Below are positions 59,101-64,000 of a stretch of DNA of 64,000 bases, piece by piece (position 1 is the first letter of the stretch; every line of letters begins with the position of its first letter). The notes beneath the pieces were generated by a model. The model was not told where the DNA came from, ran no database searches, and saw nothing but the letters and a program-made list of their open reading frames with translations. The position numbers and the translations under genes were made by a program. The DNA is from Epithemia pelagica. Lineage: Eukaryota > Protista > Bacillariophyta. The stretch covers positions 3,596,001 to 3,660,000 of the forward strand of contig OX337234.1 of NCBI GenBank assembly GCA_946965045.2, written 5' to 3'.

Positions 59101-59353
59101 GAGTCTCCCGTCTTCAGTCTTGAGCAAGAGGCACAATGCTATCAACTACCACTCGGTACGCGAGGCAGCAGCGGCATCTATTATCCGTGTGGGCAAGGAA
59201 GCTACTGAATCCAACATCGCTGATCTTTTCACCAAGATCTTACCACGGGAACGTCGGAATATTCTCATTTCGCAGTTTACGTATTCGGCCGCTTTCGGGG
59301 CAGGCGGTCCTCCGTCCTTATCTACCAATGGGACCAATCCCGCACACCTCTAA
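53195..59353 (+). CDS. Gag-Pol polyprotein, 2052 aa
   Basis: Protease MDTMADTCCAG; integrase FTDG/TAD/AEREIG; RT KARLVAGGH, DIGNAYL, LYGLKSSG, YVDD; RNase H VDADHAG, SEF, CDN, IADLFTK. Confidence 0.97.
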   Translation: MATSTRSNTKTATASGRSGSGSGSGSGSGGGSGNGNPGATGNGGGDRTSRHGASMGTGAGGSDPPGGVPGTTGGTAAGTAAGPAPGVAAPGGAPGTGAGSAGTGGAGGGAGAGCGALGAGGGGHGGGAAGGGGGGGGAGGGAGGGAGGGAGGGGGGAGGGGAGGGGGDGIPPGVPAPPPPLSAVGMALSVCGANPFEIYALEHTERLNTLESYGRMTSDDVTQLVSRLEKRPYPHNVAIPSSVVKNIQGMCFWSARARRQGRPLNYGDFTTAVLAESLDAMEIQSEKSSAPDIKPSALKEEDWEDWSQEFPTYLSHIYGKQKAPLDYVIRPDLAPTHVFASTREQELYSYPLGGPYFKEDNKEVFRLLSDLVKDQPATWIQPFQASQDGRRAWMALVDHFDGGGQKERRISKAEAILETVVYQNERVFSFDSYSAQLLRAFRTLDSTPNRRSTANQVKILIDNMKVATAEFAVIKSYVRSNHRTDLQGAIAYISREISDIYPDVAVGNRRNQGRHRFVSEATSSNRPRNFTGLEQNNGVYTFFGVDVTDVTRRFSSQEMNLLGPSGQAYIHQERERVRAQGGRGGGRTFGGRGRGRGGRGHGGGRHGGGGRGVAEIQMENQSVITDITNEGNRTTSGGNGGSDGNRGSDGNTQGERGSTNGRRFGNGAYGDDSGSSRHGISVVNCGPQRRVGKVEKGWLLKQGSGGETGRNEMDTMADTCCAGRNWTLVETTGMECTVNDFAGNQVGATSVPVATCATVVRDRKSGMEIVIIGHQMLWFGNRLDKSLLNQNQVRHAGHDVRDDPTRQDKEGFGIWIDGFHIPFQLRGTTVYFESRAPSPQDIESLPSVVLTRQEKWDPHTVDLLQKGDSPYLETHDMGMAGVGAISAALVPQRINRELAARPRVKQVESTRHGAVTPESLSRKWRIGLDSARATLRVTTQQGIRTAISPITRRYRVDNLALHRNRLQTRIYTDTLFSKTTSLSGNKCAQVFTDGQFTSVYPMVSKAHVGQALARFIDEVGIPDKMTADMAGEQVGESTMFQKLVRMHRIDMHWTERNTGKQNHRAEREIGLLKQRWHRRAMDLHVPRRLWDYGLVYEAGVLSRVARGHDGRSGLERLSGDTPDISEWIDFSFYDLVWFHNNAKTDAADDLVQLGYWLGIAHRIGSDLCYWILTKGGKVIARTTVQHVTEEDMGKPDIAERVKQFKLIVEERLDDQNFTNEEGNGPGYLEDVEPEEERRGRVGIVPTDDEYGDMIVEETDEADLHGEGYDEYIGAQIQVEMGGEQMFGTVEKRQKGLDGKPVGKFNRNPKFDTRTYQVSFPGGVIQEYTANLVAENLYSQLDTEGKRYVVIQEIVGHRKNGDAVAIEDGYHVGQNGNRHPKKTTKGWEIAVECRDGTQMWIPLRDAKNGYAVELAEYAVAQGLVEEPAFKWWVPQTLNHMRRMVKKVKKKYWKTTEKYGIKLPHSVEEALKIDEVTGTTFWRDAIDKELRVVKVAWEARDDLDLEEVRAGRQLIGYTEIKCHMVFDIKMDLTRKARLVAGGHMTDAPSSLTYSSVVSRDSIRIAFLIAALNGLKVLACDIGNAYLNAPCREKIWFHGGPEVGNEFQGKVCVMVRALYGLKSSGASWRATLMVTLYDMGFIDTQADPCVLRRKARRSSGEEYYEIILVYVDDILLVSEDPHPVLDEIDKHYKIKAGSVGEPTVYLGAQIYKHNLPSGSWAWGMSSEKYVANAIRIVEDLLKEDGDGKHLKTTAKVPVVSSYKPELDTTPELNAALTSRYQQLIGVLRWAVEIGRVDIYLEVSILSQFLANPRVGHLEAVYHIFAFLKSHSKLKLVFDPKDVVLDESCFPQVPIDDWKEFYGEVAEEIPSKMPPPLGRPVSITCFVDADHAGNVVTRRSHTGILIFVQNAPILWYSKRQNTVETSSFGSEFVALRIAKEMIVALRYKLRMFGVPLVGPASVLCDNRGVVKNTSLPSSVLSKRHNAINYHSVREAAAASIIRVGKEATESNIADLFTKILPRERRNILISQFTYSAAFGAGGPPSLSTNGTNPAHL

Positions 59354-59399
59354 TGGGGCCAGTAACTCAACTCTCATTGGTTGATCCACTGGCGGGGAC

Positions 59400-59577
59400 T
59401 GTCTCATTCTGGTCGATACGGGATTGATACGTCAGCATGACGTAGATTGGGCCTTATGGCGACGTAGATTGGGCCTTATGGCCGGGGGGCCACTTTACTG
59501 GTTTTATGCGATGGATGTAGTTGTAACGCTTATCTTAGTCTTTCTTTGGAACGGATTCTATCAAGTAGAATAAGACA
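59400..59577 (+). repeat. 3' LTR (178 bp)
   Basis: Identical to 52979-53156. Confidence 0.97.
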
Positions 59578-59797
59578 GCTTGCGTGCCAGACGGGACTGC
59601 TGACACGCGCATGCCGACATGACCAAAGAACTCCCATTTCGCGCATAACGTTGACTTTCGCTATCCTTACGTAGTTTATGTCTACACCTGGTAGTGCAGT
59701 TCGAACGGAGTGTCTCGCATGTCACTCCGTCTAGCTAGCTAGCTCCAGAGTCGTAGGCTCTGCAATTCTCTACTAGGAGTAGTGTCTAGTCTACCAT

Positions 59798-60003
59798 TGT
59801 CCTCATATGAGGACATATCCTCATATGAGGACACATTTGGCACATCTCAGTTCATGGTATTCTTTGCAGCATAGAGAAAAATGGATGGCACCATCGTTTC
59901 ACTCAGTTTTAGTTTGGTCGTAGTACCAGTTGTCAGGCTTTAATATCTTGGTACCGGTTGCCAGGCTTTAATATCTTGGACATGATGTCCTCATATGAGG
60001 ACA
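59798..60003. repeat. 206-bp unit bounded by identical 18-bp perfect palindromes
   Basis: TGTCCTCATATGAGGACA at 59798-59815 and 59986-60003, a 14-bp copy at 59818-59831 and a 2 x 28-bp repeat at 59924-59979. Confidence 0.85.
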
Positions 60004-60124
60004 GAGACCGGTAGACTAGACACTAGGGTGGTGGACAAGCCATTGGGTCTCGGATCGTGTGTGGTTCCTCTTCCTCTTTCGGTCGCCGATCGATGGATCG
60101 ATCGATCGTCGTCCGGAGGAGTCG

Positions 60125-62303
60125 TCAGTTCCCATTCCTCGTGGTCGTTGTGGTTGTCGTCATCGGTTCAGTCGTCGTTGGGGCAGTATTCGTTGTCGTG
60201 ATTGGAATGGGACACGGTCCAATTTCGGTCACCCCATGGAGGAACAAGACTTGACGGGCTTGATTCCACCACGTTTGCAATTCGCCGTGTCGTTGCTGCA
60301 ACTGGACTTGTTCGTGTTGCAGATTGGTACATTCCTGTTGCAAGGCTTGCACATATTGTCGTTTGCGTTCGCGTTTGCGACGCGAATGAAACAAATCGGC
60401 CAAGCGACGTTTGGCCAACCGATCGTCTTGACACAACGAATTCCGAATACTCGCCTCGACCATAGTGGTGGTCGTTTTTATCGTCGTCGTGCTGCCGGGA
60501 GGTTCCTTGCGTTTGGGCGTGGGTTTTTGTCGTTTCTGTTTGGTGGTCGTCCTTTGTGGTTGTTTTTGGTTGGTCGTGCTAGTCGGTTTCCAGGATGCTC
60601 CCCCCTTGTTGGTCCCTAGTAGGACCTTGTTCTGTGGATCCATGTCGTTCCAGGCCATTTGTAAATCGGGCGTCGTTCGTTGTGGTGCTTGTGCTTGTTG
60701 TTGATGTTGTGGTGGATTGGTGGTCCTTGTTGTGGTGGCCGCCGCCGCCAAGTCGTTCCCACCAAAGGCGGCAATGGCCGTGGCTGGAAACGCGGCCCTG
60801 GAATCATGGACTGAAAGGGCATCTCGGGCAGTGGTGGCGACTGGACGTTTGCGTTTTCGGGTCTCAGTTTTAGCAATAGCAGTAGTCGTTGTAGCAGTAG
60901 CAGTGGTAGCAAGAAACGGTGACTGGAACCCAGGTTCGGCATTCACCAACGGCCTCGTCGTCGTCGTCGTCGTCGTAGCAACAGTCGGCTGCTGCTGCTC
61001 CGCCGATTCCTCCTTGTCGTCCAACAAACGGGCGGCAAACTGGTGGTGTTCCCAGTGCATGCGGTCTTGACACCAGGCATAAAATTGGGAATATTCCCAT
61101 TGACCGCCCAAAAAGCGGGGAATACTCGACAGGGTCATGCCCAAATCCTCGACCAAGTGTCGAAAAATGCGATGGGGATCCGTTTGCATATACACTTGAA
61201 TATTCAGGGAAGACGACGAGGACGACGCTGTTGTGGTGGTGGTATTGGAAGGAGCTCCCGAATGTTGTTGTTGTTGTTGTTGTTGTTGTGATGATGGTGC
61301 TGCGGTTGTATTCGTTGTCGGCGTGAGTTGTGCTGGTTGGTTGTCTGTTGTCGTGTTATTGTCATTGTCGGTTCCAAAAAATTGTTGCAACAATTGGACG
61401 GCGCCTTGCAACAAGTACGAGGCCAAGGGCAATTTATTTTTATGAGGAATACAGAGCAATCGAAAGTGGAGGGGCACAAAAAAGGCATGACGGGTCAAAC
61501 TACAGGCTTGATGCATGAAATTCCAATCAATATTGTGATCGCGCGGTGTCACCATGAGAAGCATGAGCCAGACCGGACGAATCACGGCGGGAGCGGGTGC
61601 ATCCATGGTGGTGGAGAAATCCAGTGGTGCAGCTCCACTTGGTGGTTTCTGGTTGTGGTTGGCAGTCCTAGTAGTAGCAGTAGTCGGGTCTCGACTGTCC
61701 TCTTGTTCCTCCACCTCTTCATCGTCGTCCTCCTTTGTGCCGTGTTGTTGCAAGTGGGGATGGGCGAGGATATGAAAAATATAAAAAAAAGCTGCGCAAC
61801 CGACTGGTCGGTGGCGAATCCTTTAGTACTTTGCGTCGATCCGTCAAGCAACAGGCATGTCCGGACCGGGTCGTGGGCAAAATGGTCAAGGCCCTGGACA
61901 AGACATTCCAGACATCTTGTTGGGTCAAGGCACCCGTGCCGGTGAGTGTGAGGGGCAAGTAGGCGCGGTCGGCGCCAAAGAGTTTGCGAGGTTCCGTCCA
62001 ATAGCGACAGAGTCGTTGGGCGGCGGCCCACAAATCGTACTGACAATACCGGACAAAATGGACTGGATCCGATTCGAGGAGAATCAACCATGGCGCTTGC
62101 CGATGGACCGTCCGATAGGCCAAGGAGGTGTCGGCATCCAAGGACGATTGAATGACATGATGGACATAACTGCGAATTACCTCGGGCAATTCGGAACAAA
62201 CATCGCGTTGTGGGAGTTGTGTCGACGTCGTCGCCGACGTCTTGGGGTGTTGTTCGTTTGGATCTTCTTGATTGTTGATGGTTTTGTCTCCGCCGTCCAA
62301 CAT
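60125..62303 (-). CDS. CRAL-TRIO/Sec14-like + atypical bZIP protein (paralog 3), split by a +1 frameshift in the A8 run 61783-61790
   Basis: Removing one base gives RSFFYIFHILAH, matching the paralogs' RAFFYCYHVLAE and RCFFYMFKLVAE. Also has IPRFLGGQW and RRLADLFHSRRKRERKR plus zipper. Confidence 0.82.
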
Positions 62304-62651
62304 TCTATGTATCTTTTATCTTTTCGTCGTTCGCGTGGGAACTCTTAGCTAAACTGCCAAACGCGAGCTATCCTCTATGCCACACTTCCAAACCCCATAC
62401 ACCTTCGACTACCTAGCTCCTCCCTCCTCTAGCAATCAATAGATTTGTCGTGACCATTTCCAGTCTCTCCATAAGTGTATGAATCCTTTCAGAGATGACA
62501 AAGTGCTGGTGCTAGAATCCAATGGGCGCCTCTGTGAGCGTGGCGATGAACCCATCCAAGACAAGCGATCGCAAGAGTCACAATGTTCCAGAATATGTCC
62601 TGAGAAGACACCCATCCTCGACGGCACTCTAGGATTACACTCTCTCTACTA

Positions 62652-63827
62652 CTACGAGTCCTTTTTTCGTCCCGGAAGAAAGAGTGTCGAGGCTTGCGCC
62701 AAGACACGGTCGCGGTGTTTCAGAGGAATGCTTTCTTCCATATTCAGACGCACCAGGTAGGCATCGTGCAACAACATGTTTTCGTATTGTCCCGACAGGG
62801 GGACCAAGACTCGTCGGAAAATGACATTGGCCCCTTGAAACATGGGGAGGAATAGGTACAAGGTTGCCATGGCGCAGAGAGAATAGAATCCGACAATATG
62901 ACCGACAAAGTTTTCCGCATAGTCCATCAAGATAAACAACAAACTGTAGGTGGCCCAATAAATCAACCAAAATTGAGCCGCCTCACTGTCCTTCTTTTTC
63001 TGAGCCTCTGTGGTAGTGGATGACGTGCCGTCACTTCCGGTACTAATGGCAACCGTGGAACAAATCATGGGATAGACCGTGCCCAATGCCACGACGAGGA
63101 AACGTCGTTGGTCTTCGGGCAACCGGACAAAGCAGAACCACACAATCCACAGATAGGAAGTGTTAACCATGGTTAAAATGACACTCACATAACCTTCCAG
63201 TTGTACCTTGAGTTTCTTGGCCAGCGGTGTCAAAAAGGGCTTGGTAATTTGTTCGTACAGCAATCCGGAACCATCCGTGACGGGCAAGACCAACCACAGG
63301 GTGACAAAAAACTCAACTTCGTACCAATGTTCCCCCGCTTCGGGCAAATAGGCTGTGATTTCATCCATAAATTCCGTGGCAAACGAAAAGGTACTGGAGG
63401 CCACCCAAAATTGCAACCAGGCCAAATCGTCGTCGGCATCAATCGATAACGCCACGACGATACTCGAGTAAATGGGCATCAAGGTTCCAACGAGCAAGAC
63501 ACCACCGGGGGAGTACAATTCGTCTTGAACCCATTCGGGGACAAGGGCAATCATGGCCATGACAAAGACTAGATAGACTCCTTGGAAAATGAGATTTTTG
63601 CCCTTGGAACGAGGAATCTTGTGCAAGAACGGCGTCATGACAACCGCCACCAGGACGGTTATGCCGTAGAGCATGATCTTGTCTCCATCAAGTTCTCGCA
63701 TACTGTCAACTACAAGAGCAACAACGATAACAACCTTTGTGGAGGGCTTGGCAGATAGCTTTGATAGGAAAACAAGGGTCTCTTGTAAATCCGTTTCTGG
63801 TTTCGAAAGAGAAGCATATGAGATCAT
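62652..63827 (-). CDS. TB2/DP1/HVA22 (REEP/Yop1-like) membrane protein with two HVA22 domains; start uncertain
   Basis: Two copies of the W(L/I)x(F/Y)W...(W/L)LxLP..G...(Y/F)..++.P pattern; multiple TM helices. Confidence 0.85.
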   Translation of the reverse strand: MISYASLSKPETDLQETLVFLSKLSAKPSTKVVIVVALVVDSMRELDGDKIMLYGITVLVAVVMTPFLHKIPRSKGKNLIFQGVYLVFVMAMIALVPEWVQDELYSPGGVLLVGTLMPIYSSIVVALSIDADDDLAWLQFWVASSTFSFATEFMDEITAYLPEAGEHWYEVEFFVTLWLVLPVTDGSGLLYEQITKPFLTPLAKKLKVQLEGYVSVILTMVNTSYLWIVWFCFVRLPEDQRRFLVVALGTVYPMICSTVAISTGSDGTSSTTTEAQKKKDSEAAQFWLIYWATYSLLFILMDYAENFVGHIVGFYSLCAMATLYLFLPMFQGANVIFRRVLVPLSGQYENMLLHDAYLVRLNMEESIPLKHRDRVLAQASTLFLPGRKKDS

Positions 63828-64000
63828 TTTATTTCATGCTGTAGAGTCAGTATCTTGACGAATGGCGATTTCTCAAAATCATTCATTCAGCAGTTCCGGA
63901 TAATGAGAACGACCATGATGGCGGCGAACACGAGTGGAGACGGGTGGCATCCCTCCAAATTGCCACATGATTCTCAACGCAAAAAATAACGGCAGCCACT

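Larger units (their letters stand above)
52979..59577 (+). mobile_element. Full-length Ty1/copia (CoDi-like) LTR retrotransposon, 6599 bp
   Basis: Identical 178-bp TG...CA LTRs, GCTT flanking duplication, single gag-pol ORF in PR-IN-RT-RH order, purine-rich tract 59391-59399. Confidence 0.97.

Overview
Eukaryotic genomic DNA, most likely a pennate diatom: compact genes with short GT-AG introns, bipartite plastid targeting, a CoDi-type copia element and diatom-type SET and CRAL-TRIO families. Host genes on the left are UBC9, a MnSOD with plastid plus Tat presequence, a degenerate flavin amine oxidase and an SLX4IP-like ORF. Host genes on the right are a beta-propeller, a tandem-SET protein and a double-HVA22 protein. 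Between them lies a transposon nest (about 15-40 kb). The main result is a 12,173-bp hAT element (19648-31820) with CAGGGTTGTRAA TIRs and a perfect 8-bp TSD (GTACGTGT). Besides its transposase it encloses an endonuclease III-like HhH-GPD glycosylase gene, a 6-exon Crypton-like tyrosine recombinase (possibly a nested element bounded by GTAATTTT direct repeats) and a ~210-bp interrupted hairpin. The window also holds three paralogs plus one pseudogene of a CRAL-TRIO-like + atypical bZIP fusion, an intact copia element with identical 178-bp LTRs, a MULE-like transposase and two non-autonomous TIR elements. All family assignments are from motif recognition by eye; no searches were run.
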